64,000 nucleotides of DNA. It comes from Felis catus. Taxonomy: Eukaryota. Under the pieces are notes generated by a model. The model was not told the origin of the DNA and did no database searches. It saw nothing but the letters and a program-made list of their open reading frames with translations. The stretch lies in contig NC_058368.1 of the NCBI RefSeq assembly GCF_018350175.1, forward strand, positions 23,562,001-23,626,000. Direction: 5' to 3'. The translations under genes and the position numbers were made by a program. Of the stretch, positions 14,812 through 26,560 are shown piece after piece; positions within the stretch are counted from its first letter, which is position 1; each line of letters starts with the position of its first letter.

Positions 14812-15923
14812 CTTCCTTCTTGGAATGGAACTTGCTTTGAGTTTTTAAATAGTGAAGCTTCCTGCCTGAAGGAAAATAAGAACCAACTATTTAAAGATAA
14901 TAAGATGGTCAGAAAAATAATACCAATGTTATAGCTTAATTCTGTTCTGAAATTTGAAATAAATGCCTTTGAGCATAAGGATATTAAAAAAAATTCTCAG
15001 ATTTAGCACTACTCTGAATAAATAAGAAAGCTCAACAGTTTGGAGGGGGAACTATTGATTCAGATTCTAGTAGCTTTGTGAGTCAAAATTTCTTTGTAAA
15101 ATGTGAGCATTGAGTTAGTTAGATCTTTCTCTGACTTCAATCATAATTATAGAACTGGTGACATTGGTTCTTTCTTCAAAGAAGAGTAAGTTGAAGAAGA
15201 GTCACAGAGACATTAGTCATTCCTGGATATTCATAAAATTCAGGGTCAGTGTATAAGTACACTGGCCTATTTATCTCCTTGGGTGGATACATTTCTTCAA
15301 AACAGAAGAATGTATATTACTAACATTCTGTTTAGCTTCACATGATTTATTTTCTTAAATGTAGAAATTCCAATGAGTGCTTTGTGGTAGGCAGAATTTT
15401 TTGCTTTATAAAATCTGATCTCTTTTTACCCTTCAGGTGAAGACTTAGCTGTACATGGACATTGAAGATAGCTCAAAAGGGATGGGTCCTTAAAAGGAGC
15501 CAGCCTCAACCTATCTAGCTGACTCCCAGGTCCTAGTCTGAGAGTAGAGTTAATATAATGAATTAATAGCCAACATGTTACCAGCTTTCTCACAGGGCAA
15601 CAGCCACTTATGAGAGTACCTTATTTTTTCTACCCACATCATTCCTCCTCCTGATTCTGGGAAAACCATTTTCGTTCTTTGGATGCCCAAAGCTGCTGCA
15701 GGGTCACCCTGATTTCCAACTCTACAGCTGGCCACCGGCTGCCATGCTTAAAGCTTTCTCAGTGTCTTCTGCTGTACTCAGTCCTAACCTAAGTAAGGGT
15801 GTGACTTGCTCCCCAATGCTGGTGGAAGACTCAGGCTCAGCTTACTGTCAGCATAGACCCTCACTGAGAGATGCCTCCATCTTGGATCCTGCAGTCTCCC
15901 TGGAAGAGCTGTACAAGTGGCTA

Positions 15924-15955
15924 GGATAGATGATGGATGGATGGATGATAGATAA
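15924..15955. repeat. (GATG/GATA)n microsatellite
   Basis: gatagatgatggatggatggatgatagata. Confidence 0.75.
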
Positions 15956-16289
15956 AAATACACAGAAATATATGTAACCAGATAGACATACAGTTGATAA
16001 ATACATAGGTATGGAGAATATTATGAAAGGAAAACTACTGAGTGATTGCCTTCTTGCCACAAAGAGTAAGGTGAGCCAAGATCCAGTGAGTGATAAAGTG
16101 AGTAGCAGTAAGTTATCAGTAAAGGTTGTAATTGCACAGGCACCCCTTCACGGGCCCACATCATGGGGTAATGACATTATAATGAGAAAAACCACAGGCA
16201 AATGAAGTAAACAGTAGTTCAAGGCAGACATATAAAATCTTGCTAGCTTCATTTTGGCAAAGTCCAGGGAAGTGCTTAAATTACCAGGA

Positions 16290-16680
16290 GGAGGTGTTAT
16301 CAAACATTATAGCTTCGATGATACTGTGGTAATAATGTCCAAAGATTAATGGATAAAAACAAATACAGAATTATTTCTTGCTTATGTTCCATGTCCTCTG
16401 TGGGTGTACAGAGAATTTTATTCTTATTTGTTAGTCAGCCATTTCTTTGGAAATTGGTCACTGCCAAACCAAGGTGGAGAAAGAAAGCTCTGGAGGTTTG
16501 TGCATCATCTAGTTAAGAACTTTGGCCTAAAAAAAACACACAGCATTTCTTCTTACCATTTATCTGTCACAATAAATCACATGGCCCTATCCAACCACAA
16601 GGGGGGAAGGAGGGTGCAACTCTACCTCATCCCTTGGTGGGGAATAAACAGAACAATTTCGTGAATGGTACTACTACCAT
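16290..16680. mobile_element. Old MaLR LTR (MLT1J/K-like)
   Basis: atttcttgcttatgttccatgtcc...aatcacatggccctatccaaccacaagggg is MLT1-like; boundaries approximate. Confidence 0.55.
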
Positions 16681-17077
16681 TTGCTCTTTTGTTCAACACT
16701 ATTCCCTTCATCTTTCATCACACACATGCAATAGCATCACTCCTACTCCATGTGAGACAACCAGTAAGTTTGATGTGGTCATCAAGCTCAAAGTTTAGAA
16801 AAATTAGTATCCAGGTGTGATGCATAACCCTGAAACCTCAGTACCTAGCACCCAACCTCACTGCTTCAGTCTCCCTTCCGACCCATATGACATCTTCCTC
16901 CTCCAGAGGGCTTTTCCGACTGTGGCTCCTAACCTGTCTGGGTTCTGTTGTTTTGGCTTAGTTGAACCTTCTGCTCTTACGATAGGAGAGGTGTTTTAAT
17001 GGACGCTGGGAAGGGAGTGTAGGTGGAATACATGTTTAAGCTAGTGTATTTTGCTCATTTTAATGTTTTAGAACAGT

Positions 17078-20000
17078 TTTATTTTTTATATTTTAGGTAT
17101 AAAATATAATGAGTCAAAAGTTTACCTTACTCACTGCTTATCAATAAGAGTGTATTCTTCATACCCTTTATCTGTTTTCACCATTCCCCACCCACCTCTC
17201 CTCTGGCAACCACCAGTTTGTTCTCCGTATTTAAGAGTCTGTAATTTCTCTTTTTTGGTTTCTTCATCTGCTATGTTTTTTTAAATTCCACATATGAATG
17301 AAACCAAATGTTATTTGTCTTTCTCAGGATGACTTATTTCACTTAGCATTATGCCCTCTAGGTCCATCCACATTGTTGCAAATGGCAAGATCTCATTCCT
17401 TTTTATAGCTGAGTAATATTCCATTGTAAAAATATAGAACCTCTTCTTTATCTGTTCATCTCTGAATGGACAGTTGGGCTGCTGCCATATCTTGACTATT
17501 ATAGGTGATGCTGCAATAAACATAATGGTGCATATATCCCTTCCAATTAGTGTTTTTATTTTTTTGTGTGTAAATACCCAGTAGTGGAATTAGTGATCTT
17601 ATGGTAATTGTATTTTTAATTTGTTGAGGAACTTCCATACTTTTTTCCACAGTGGTTGCACCCATTTACATTCCTGCTGAAACTGCATGAAAGTTCCTTT
17701 TTCTCCATCCCATCATCTGTTATTTCTTGCCTTTTTGATTTTAGCAATTCTGACAGGTGTCAGGTGATATCTCATTGTGGTTTTGATTTGCATTTCTCTG
17801 GTGATGAGTGATGTTGAATACTTTTCATATGTCTGTTGGCCATGTGTATGTCTTTTTTTTTAAAAAATGTCTACTCAGGTCCTCTGCCCATTTTAATCAG
17901 ATTATTATTTTTTTGGTGTTGAATTATATAAGTTCTTTACATATTTTGAATATTAACCCTTTATCGAATTTATCGATACCTGCAATATCTTTGCCCATTC
18001 AGGTTTCCTTGATATTTTATTCGTTTCCTTTGCAAAAATCTTCTTATTTTGTAGTCTTAGTTGTTTAATTTTTCTTTGGTTTCCCTTGCCTGAGTAGACA
18101 TATCTAAAAAATGATGGGGCACCTGGGTGGCTCAGTCGGTTAAGCCTCCGACTTCAACTCACGTCACGATCTCGAGGTGTGTCTCCCTGTCTCTCTGCCC
18201 CTCTCCTGTTCATGCTTTGTCTCTCTCTGTCTCAAAAATAAATACACGTTAAAAAAATGTTGTTAAGGCCACGTCAAAATACTTATTGCATATGTTTTCC
18301 TCCAGGATTTTTATGGTTTCAAGTCTCACATTTAAGTCTTTGAGTTTATTTTTGTGTATAGGGTAAGAAAGCGGTCCAGTTTTCCCAGCACCATTTGTTA
18401 AAAAGACTCTCCCATTGTGTAATCTTGCCTCCTTTATCATAGATTAATTGACCATATAAGCATGGCTTTATTTCTGGGCTTTCTATTGTGTTCCATTGAT
18501 CTATGTGTCTATTTTTGTGCCAGTACCATATTGTTTTGATGATGCCTCCAGTTTTGTTCTCCTTTTTCAAGATTGCTTTGGCTACTCAGGGTCTTTTTTT
18601 GGTTTCATACAAATTTTAGGATTATTTGTTCTAGCTCTGTGAAAAATGCTGATGGTATTTTGATAGGGATTGCATTAAACCTGTAGATTTCTTTGGGTAG
18701 TATAGACATTTTAACAACATTTGTTCTTCCAATTCATGATCATGGGGTATCTTTACATTTGTTTTTGTCATATTCAATTTCATTTATCAAGAAATTCTTG
18801 TTTTTAATTATTCTTTGGACTTTTTGTTGCTTAGCTTGGTTACTTTCCATTACCCTGTCTTCTAGGTCACTGATATGTTCTGCTATGGATTCTATCGTAT
18901 TTTTATTTCAGTTATTGAGTTCTTCATCTCTGTTGGCTCTTTTTAATATTTCCTATGTCTTTGATGAAGGTGTCACTGAGATTCTCCACTCTCAAGTCCA
19001 ATAAACATCTTTATGACTATTACTTTGAATTCTCTATCAGGCTTATTGCTTATCTTAGCTCTTTTTCTGTACCCTTGTTCTGTTCTTTCATTTGGAACAT
19101 ATTCTTGTCTCCTCTTTGTCTAACTGTTTCTATTAAGAAAGTCGGCTACATCTGATCTTGAAAGTAGTGGTCTTATGAAGAAGAGGTCCTGTGGTGTCCT
19201 ATAGCACAGTTTCCTGTTCACCAGAACCAGATGCTTCAGGGGTATCTCCTAAGTGGGCTACATGTACCTTACTTGTATGGCTAAGCCTTGATTGCTTTCA
19301 ATATAGTCAGCTGAAATAGCCCACTTTCCCTGTTGTGGGCATGCTGGGCAGGGTTTGGTCCCTGTGCTACTTGGGGCATGTTTGAGGTGCTTATAGATGG
19401 GCCTTGTCAGCAGTCAGACCAAATGCCTGCCCTGAATCTCTCTGCTGGGGCTTCAGTCACACCAAACTGCAGGGTGCTCTCCCTACCTTATTCCCTGAGA
19501 AGCTGTCCTTGCTGGACACACTGATAGGCAGGGCACTCTATGTTGCCAGCTATAAGGTTTGACTACTGAGACTGGGGGTACACTATTGTGTGTGTGGTTA
19601 TTTTCCCCTTTCCCAAGGCCAGAAGTCACTTTGGAGTGGTGCTGTTCCCTGCCAGAGTTGTTTGCATGGGATGTCAGAGCAGGAGCCACCTTGGCCTGAT
19701 GGGGGTTGGATGCGGTAGGGCATATGGTGCTAGCAAGATAGGTGGGGAGTGTTATGCTGATTCCCACAAGTGTTCAGCTATCTAGACTGTTTGGAGGGTG
19801 GGGTGGGAATGGGTAATTCCAGCTCTTTTGGTCTTGGAGAAGTCTCCTAAAGATCCAACACCTCCAATGCATATTCTAAGATTAGTAAATAAATCTCCTT
19901 TGTTTATACCCAGGTGCTTTTTAAACTGCCACTTTTATGCTGTGTCTTGGCTGGGTCATTTGTTATGCTGGCTCTTTACGGGTGGAGACTCCATTTCCTA

Positions 20001-20397
20001 CTTATACCCCAGCTCTCCCAGAACTAAGCCCACTGATTTTTAAAATACCAGAAATGAAGCCCCACTGATTGTAAAAAACTCACAAAGGTAAGTCTTACCA
20101 GTTTTCAAAACCAAAGTTTGGAACTCATGTCCCTGGTGTGGGGTCTGTTCCTCTTGCTTCTCTGTAGTTGTGGTATCCCTTCTGTTTGTGGTTAGTGTTG
20201 ATGTTGGGTTCTGTATCATGTTTCTGTCCCTCCTAGCCTTTCCAGTGTGGCCTCCTCTCTATGATTTACTGTGTAAGTCTGTTTGGCCAGTCTTCAGGTT
20301 GTTTTCTGGGTAAATTGTACTGATATAGCTGTTATCTTGGTGTGTCCATGGGTCAAGGTGAGCTTAGGGTCCTCCTACTCTGCATCTTCCCAAAAGT
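17078..20397 (-). mobile_element. LINE-1 with large internal deletion
   Basis: 3'UTR at 17078, 3' part of ORF2 to ~18790, abrupt switch to 5' part of ORF1, 5'UTR to ~20397 (minus strand aagatgcagagtaggaggaccctaagctcacc). Confidence 0.93.
18116..18250 (+). mobile_element. Can-SINE with internal deletion, nested in L1
   Basis: ggggcacctgggtggctcagtcggttaag head joined to CT-rich tail; TSD aaaaaatgatg / aaaaaatgttg. Confidence 0.92.
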
Positions 20398-20696
20398 CCT
20401 GCAAATATTTTTAAAACACTGAAAATCAGTCTCTGTGAAGATTTGTTGAAATAAGTACCTTAACTTTTTTGTGTTTATGTGGGATACTAGCTAGCAATGC
20501 ACATTGAAATTGTTTAACAAATGGTTTGCAGAAATGCCGTTCCTACCATTTTTATTAGCATTTAATCATTACTTGAAAAGTAGGAGAATTTGATAATTGT
20601 GCAAGTTGTATGATCTCCTGTGATCCCTGTGTTCATTGGTTAAATCTTGTTGATTATATTGTCTCTGTATGCTTTGAATTTATTTTCAATAATCCA

Positions 20697-20790
20697 CTCC
20701 CCACTGACAGCACAGAGCCTACATGGGCTTCCCTCTCTCTGCCCCTCCCTTGCTTGCACTCTCTATATCTCAAAATAAATAAACTTAAAA
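20697..20790 (+). mobile_element. Can-SINE 3' half (head missing)
   Basis: ctgacagcacagagcct...ctctctgcccctcccttgcttgcactctc...aaaataaataaacttaaaaaa. Confidence 0.85.
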
Positions 20791-22520
20791 AATACACTGG
20801 AGGGAATCAATAACAGATTAGAGGAGGCAGAACAGGGCAATGATCAGGAAGACAGAATAATGGAAAGTAACCAAGCTAAACAGTAAAAGACCAAAGAATT
20901 ATAAACAATAAGGGAACCCAGCAACATCATCAAATAATAATGTTCACATTATAGGAATCCCAGAAGAAGAGAGGGAGAGAAGGGGCAAAAACCGTCTCTA
21001 ATCTTGGGAAAGAAAAAGACATCCTGATCCAGGAAGCATAGAGAGTCCCTAAGAAAATTAATCCAAGGATACAGAGAGGAATTTTAAGACAGTAAGAAAA
21101 AGGAAAAGAGTTACATACAAGATAAACTCTAGATGGCTATCACCTGATTTTTTTAGCAGCGACTTTGGAGGCCTGAAGGAAGTGGTGTGATGTATTCAAA
21201 GTGCTGAAAGGAAAAACCCTGCAACTAAGAATGCTCTTCTCAGCAAGGTTATCATTCACAATAGAAGGAGAGTTTCCCAGACAAAAAAAAGCTAAGGGAG
21301 TGCATCACCATTCTAAGACAGCCTTGTTAGAGTATTAAAGGGAATTCTTTGAGTGGAAAGAAAAGTCTAAAACTAAAGGTAAGAAAATTATTAAAAGGAA
21401 AAATTTCACAGGTAAATAGATAATAAAAATGGTAAATTAATCACTTATAAAACACAAAAAGCAGTGAAAGCACAAAAGCAGTTAAATAAATTATATCTAC
21501 AAAAAATAGTCAAGGGATACACAAAAGGTATAAAGTATGACTTAATATACATAAAATGGTACTTGGGGAGATAAAAAATTTCATGCTTTTAGAATGTGTT
21601 TAAAGTTAATTGACCATCAACTTAATATAGACTGCTACACATAAACTGTTATATATCAACTTAATTGTAACCACACATCAAAAACCTATAACAGATACAA
21701 AAAAATAAAGAGAAAGGGATCCAAGCACAACACTAAAGAAAGTCATCAAACCACAAAGGATGAGAGCAAGAGAACAAGAAAGAGAAGAACTACAACAACC
21801 AGAAAACAAGTAACAAAATGGCAATAAATACATACCTATTAATCACCATTTAAATGTAAATGAACTAAATGTTCCAATCAAAATACGTAAGGTTAATGAA
21901 TGGATAAAAAATAAGACCCATCTATAAGCTACCTACAGGAGACTCACTGTAGTCCTAAAACACATGTTTACTGAAAGTGAAGAGAGAAAAATACATATAC
22001 CATGCAAATGGAGACCAAAAAGAACAAAAAGCTGTGATGACAATACTTATACCAGACAAAATAGACCTTAAAACAAAGACCGTAGAAAGAGATAAAAAAT
22101 AAGGGCACTACATAATGATAAAGGGAACAATTGAACAAGAGCATATAACAACTATAAATACCTATGCACCCAACATGGAACCACCTAAATATATAAAGTG
22201 ATTATTAATGGACAGAAAGGGAGAAATAGACAGTAATACAATAATAGCAGGAAACTGAAAGACCCAACTTACATCAATGGGTTGATTATCCAGGCAGAAA
22301 ATCAATAAGGAAACAGTGGCTTTGAATGACACATTGGACCAGATGGACCCAACAGATATATGCAGAACATTCCAGCCAAAACAGAATACACATTCTTTTC
22401 AAGTGCATATGGAACATTCTCTAGGATAGATTGCATTTTAGGCCACAACAGAAGCCTTATGATTTCAGTCTTAAATTTCTTATCAAGCATTTTCTGTGAC
22501 TACAAAAGTATGAAACTAAT

Positions 22521-22543
22521 TTAAAAATTTTTTTTAATCTTTC

Positions 22544-22610
<67 letters not shown>

Positions 22611-23075
22611 AAATATGAAATTTATTGTCAAATTGGTTTCCATACAACACCCAGTGCTTATCCCAACAGGTGTCCTCCTCAATGCCCATCACCAACCCTC
22701 TCCTCCCTCCCACCCCCCATCAACCCTCAGTTTGTTCTCAGGTTTTAAGAGTTTCTTATGGTTTGGCTCCCTTTCTAATTTTTTTTCTTTCCTTCCCCTC
22801 CCCCATAGTCTTCTGTTAAGCTTCTCGGGATCCACATAAGAGTGAAAACATATGGTATCTGTCTTTCTCTGTATGACTTATTTCACTTAGCATCACACTC
22901 TCCAGTTCCATCCACATTGCTACAAAAGGCCATTTTTCATTCTTTCTCATTGCCACGTAGTATTCCCTTGTGTATATAAACCACAATTTCTTTATCCACT
23001 CATCAGTTGAAGAAATGGTCAGAAAACATGAATAGACACTTCTCTAAAGAAGACATCCAGATGGCCAGTAGGCAC
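22521..23075 (-). mobile_element. Young felid L1 3' fragment with 5' inversion, nested in older L1
   Basis: (TTTC)n tail ~22540-22610, minus-strand L1 3'UTR to ~23008, plus-strand L1 piece 23009-23080; TSD atgaaactaat at 22510-22520 and 23076-23086. Confidence 0.92.
22540..22610. repeat. (TTTC)n microsatellite derived from L1 poly(A) tail
   Basis: Read directly; adjoins L1 3' terminus. Confidence 0.95.
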
Positions 23076-24300
23076 ATGAAACTAATCTTTAATTACAAGA
23101 AAAACAATCTGGGGAAGAACACAAATACATGGAGGCTAAATAATATGTTACTAAATAATGAATGGATAAACCAAGAGATTGAAGAAATCAAAAAATACTT
23201 GGAGATAAATGAAAATGTAAACGGAATGGTCCAAACTCTTTGGAATTCAGAAAAATAGGTCTAAAAGGAAAGTTTATAATAGTACAGACCTACTTCAAGA
23301 AATAAGAAAAATCTCAAACAACAAAGCCTTACAACTGAAGGAGTTAGAAAAAGAACAAAGCCCAGAGCTAATAGATAAAAGAAAATAATAAAGATAAGGG
23401 CAGAAATAAAACAGAGACTAAACAAAAAAACAAACCAAAAAAATCCCAATAGATCAATGAAACCAGGAGCTAGTTCTTTGAAAAGATAAAATTGATAAAT
23501 CTTTATCCACACTCATTAAGAAAAAAAAGAGTATTCAAAATCATAATGAAGTAGGAGAAACAACAGTACCATAAATTACAAAGGATTATAGGAATATTAT
23601 TAAAAAGTTATATGCCAACAAATTGGACATTCAAGAAGAAATGGACAAATTCCTAGAACTATAACCTTTTAAAACTGAATCGTGAAGAAACAGAAAATTT
23701 GAACAGGCTAATAAATACTAATTCAATTCAATTCATTTAATTTGTCCCAACAAACAAAAGTCCAGGGCTAGGTTGCTTCAGAGATGAATACCCGCAAACA
23801 TTTAGAGTTAATAATTATTCTTCTCAAACTATTACAAAAAATAGAAGAGGAAGTAAAGCTTCTAAATTCATTCTATGAGGGCAGCATTAACCCTATACCA
23901 AACCAAAGACAGTACAAAAAAGAAAATTATAAAACAATATTTGTGATGAACTTAGATGCAAAAATTTTCAACAAAATATTAATAAACCTCATGCAATATT
24001 GTAAAGAAATCACTCATATAATCAAGTGAGATTAATTCCAGAGATGAAATACTGGTTGAATATTGTCAAATCAATTAATATATCACATTAATAAACTTAA
24101 GGATAAAAATCATATAATTCTTTCAACAGATGCAGGAAAATCATTTATGATAACATTCATTTATGATAAAAGTTCTCAACAACTAGTTGTACATGGAACA
24201 TACCTCAACATAATAAAGGCAGTATATGAAAAACCCATAGCTAAAATCATAGTCAATGGTGAAAAACTGACAGCTTTTCTTCTCAGGTCAAGAATAAAAT

Positions 24301-24465
24301 GAGGTGCCTGGGTGGCTCAGTTGGATAAGTGTCTGACTCTTGGTTTCATGGTTTGTGGGACGGAGCCCCAAGTCGGGCTCTGCACTGACAGTGTGGAACC
24401 TGCTGGGGCTTCTCTGTCTCCCCTGCTCATGCTTTCTCTCTCTCTCTCAAAATAAATATTAAAAT
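24301..24465 (+). mobile_element. Can-SINE nested in L1
   Basis: gaggtgcctgggtggctcag head; TSD aagaataaaat / aagaataagat. Confidence 0.93.
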
Positions 24466-24631
24466 AAGAATAAGATAAGGATGTCCACTCTCACCACTTT
24501 TATTCAACATAGTACTGGAAGTCTTGGCCGCAACAATTAGACAAGAAAAACAAAAGGTATCCAAAATGCTATGAAAGAATTAAAACTGTCACTATTATCA
24601 GATGACATGCTATTATATATAGAAAACCTTT

Positions 24632-24847
24632 TTAATTTTTTTTTCAACGTTTATTTATTTTTGGGACAGAGAGAGACAGAGCATGAACGGGGGAGGGGCA
24701 GAGAGAGAGGGAGACACAGAATCGGAAACAGGCTCCAGGCTCTGAGCCATCAGCCCAGAGCCCGACGCAGGGCTCGAACTCATGGACCGCGAGATTGTGA
24801 CCTGGCTGAAGTCGGACACTTAACCGACTGCGCCACCCAGGCGCCCC
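24632..24847 (-). mobile_element. Young Can-SINE (SINEC_Fc-like), CpG-rich
   Basis: Ends ...cgccacccaggcgcccc; perfect TSD tatagaaaaccttt at 24618-24631 and 24848-24861. Confidence 0.97.
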
Positions 24848-25650
24848 TATAGAAAACCTTTAAGACCACCAAAAAACTAATAGAAGTGATAAATGAATTT
24901 AGTAACGTTGCAGTATACAAAATTAATATACAGAAAACTGTTGTATTTTGACATACTAATAATGAAATAATAGAGAAATTAAAAAATAATTCCATTTTAA
25001 ATTGTACCAAGAAGAATAAAATACCAAGAATAAATAAGACCAAGGAGGTGAAAGACCTGTACTCTGAAAAGTATAAAACATCAATGAAACTCATTGGAGA
25101 TGACAAAACAACTGGAAAGGAAATACATGTTCATGGATTGAAAGGGTTAATATTGTTAAAATGTCCCTACCACCCAAAGCCTTCTACAGATTCAGTGAGA
25201 TCATTATCAAATTACCCACAACATTTTTCACAAGACTGGAACAAATAATCTAAAAATTTTTTGGAAAAAAAAACATCCCCAGTAGCCAAAGCAATCACGG
25301 TTTGAGGAATCAATCCTAGATGTCAAGATACAATACAAAGCTGTAATAATTAAGATAGTATGGTACTAGGAAAAAAAGACACATAGGTCAATTGAATGGA
25401 ATAGAGCTCATAAGTAAAGCTATGGTTATGCAGTCAATTAATTCATCAAAAAAAGTGCCAAGAATATACAATGGGGAAAAGACAGTCTCTTCAATAAATC
25501 AGTTCTGGGAACACTGGACTACTTTCTAACACCATATACAAAAATAAACAAAATGGATTAAAGACCTAAATGGGATACCTGAAACCATAAAACTCCTAGA
25601 ATAAAGCCTAGGCCGTATTTTTTTTTACATTGGCCTACCCACAATTTTCT

Positions 25651-26560
25651 TTCTGCTTTTTTAAAAATTTTATTTAAATCCAAGTTAGTTAAAATATAGT
25701 GTAATAATGGTTTCAGGAGTAGCAATTAGTGATTCATCACTTACATATACAATCCAGTGCTCATCCCAACAAGTGCCCTCCTTAATGCCCATCACCCATT
25801 TGTTCCATTCCCCCACGCACCTCCCCTCCAACAACCCTCAGAGTGTCTTCTGGTTTTCCTCCCTCTCTGTTATCTTATTTTTGCTTCCCTTCTCCTATGT
25901 ACATCTGTTGCATTTCTCAAATTCCACATACGAGTGAAATCATGATATTTATCTTTCTCTTATTTTGCTTAGCATAATACACTCTAATTTTATCCACGTT
26001 GTTGCAAATGGCAAGACTTCATTCTTTTTCACTACCAAGTATTCCATTGTACATATATACCACATCTTCTTTATCCATTTGTCAGTCGATGGACACTTGG
26101 GCTCTTTCCATAATTTGTCTATTGTTGATATTACTGCTAAAAACATGGGGGTGCATGTGCCCCTTCAAATCAGCATTTTGGTATCTGTTGGAAAAACACC
26201 TAGCAGTGCAATTGCTGTGTCATAGGGTAACTGTATTTTTAATTTTTTGAGGAATCTCCATACTGTTTTCCAGAATGGCTGTGCCAGTTTGCATTCCCAC
26301 CAGCAGTGCAAGAGGATTCCTCTTTCTCCACATCCTTGCCAACATCTCTTGTTACTGAGTTGTTAATGTTAGCCATTCTGACAGGTGTGAGGTGGGATCT
26401 CATTATGGTGTTGATTTGTATTTCCCTGATGATGAGTGATGTTGAGCATTTTTTCATGTGTCGGTTGGCCATCTGGATGTCTACTTTGGAGAAGTGTCTA
26501 TTCATGCCTTTTGCCCATTTCTTCACTGGATTACTTGTTTTTTGGGTGTTGATTTTGGAT
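25651..26560 (-). mobile_element. 5'-truncated L1 (~0.9 kb) nested antisense in older L1
   Basis: T-rich tail at 25651, L1 3'UTR and ORF2 C-terminus on minus strand (ORF 26239-26652); TSD ccacaattttct / ccacatttttct. Confidence 0.92.

Larger units (their letters stand above)
10056..14831 (-). mobile_element. LINE-1 with both termini and TSD, ORF1 internally deleted
   Basis: 3'UTR/poly-T at ~10056-10080, ORF2 remnant to ~14128, 5'UTR 14129-14831 ending in an L1 5'-terminal motif; TSD ttgctttgagttt at 10043-10055 and 14832-14844, the second followed by ttaaat (TTTT/AA site). Confidence 0.93.
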
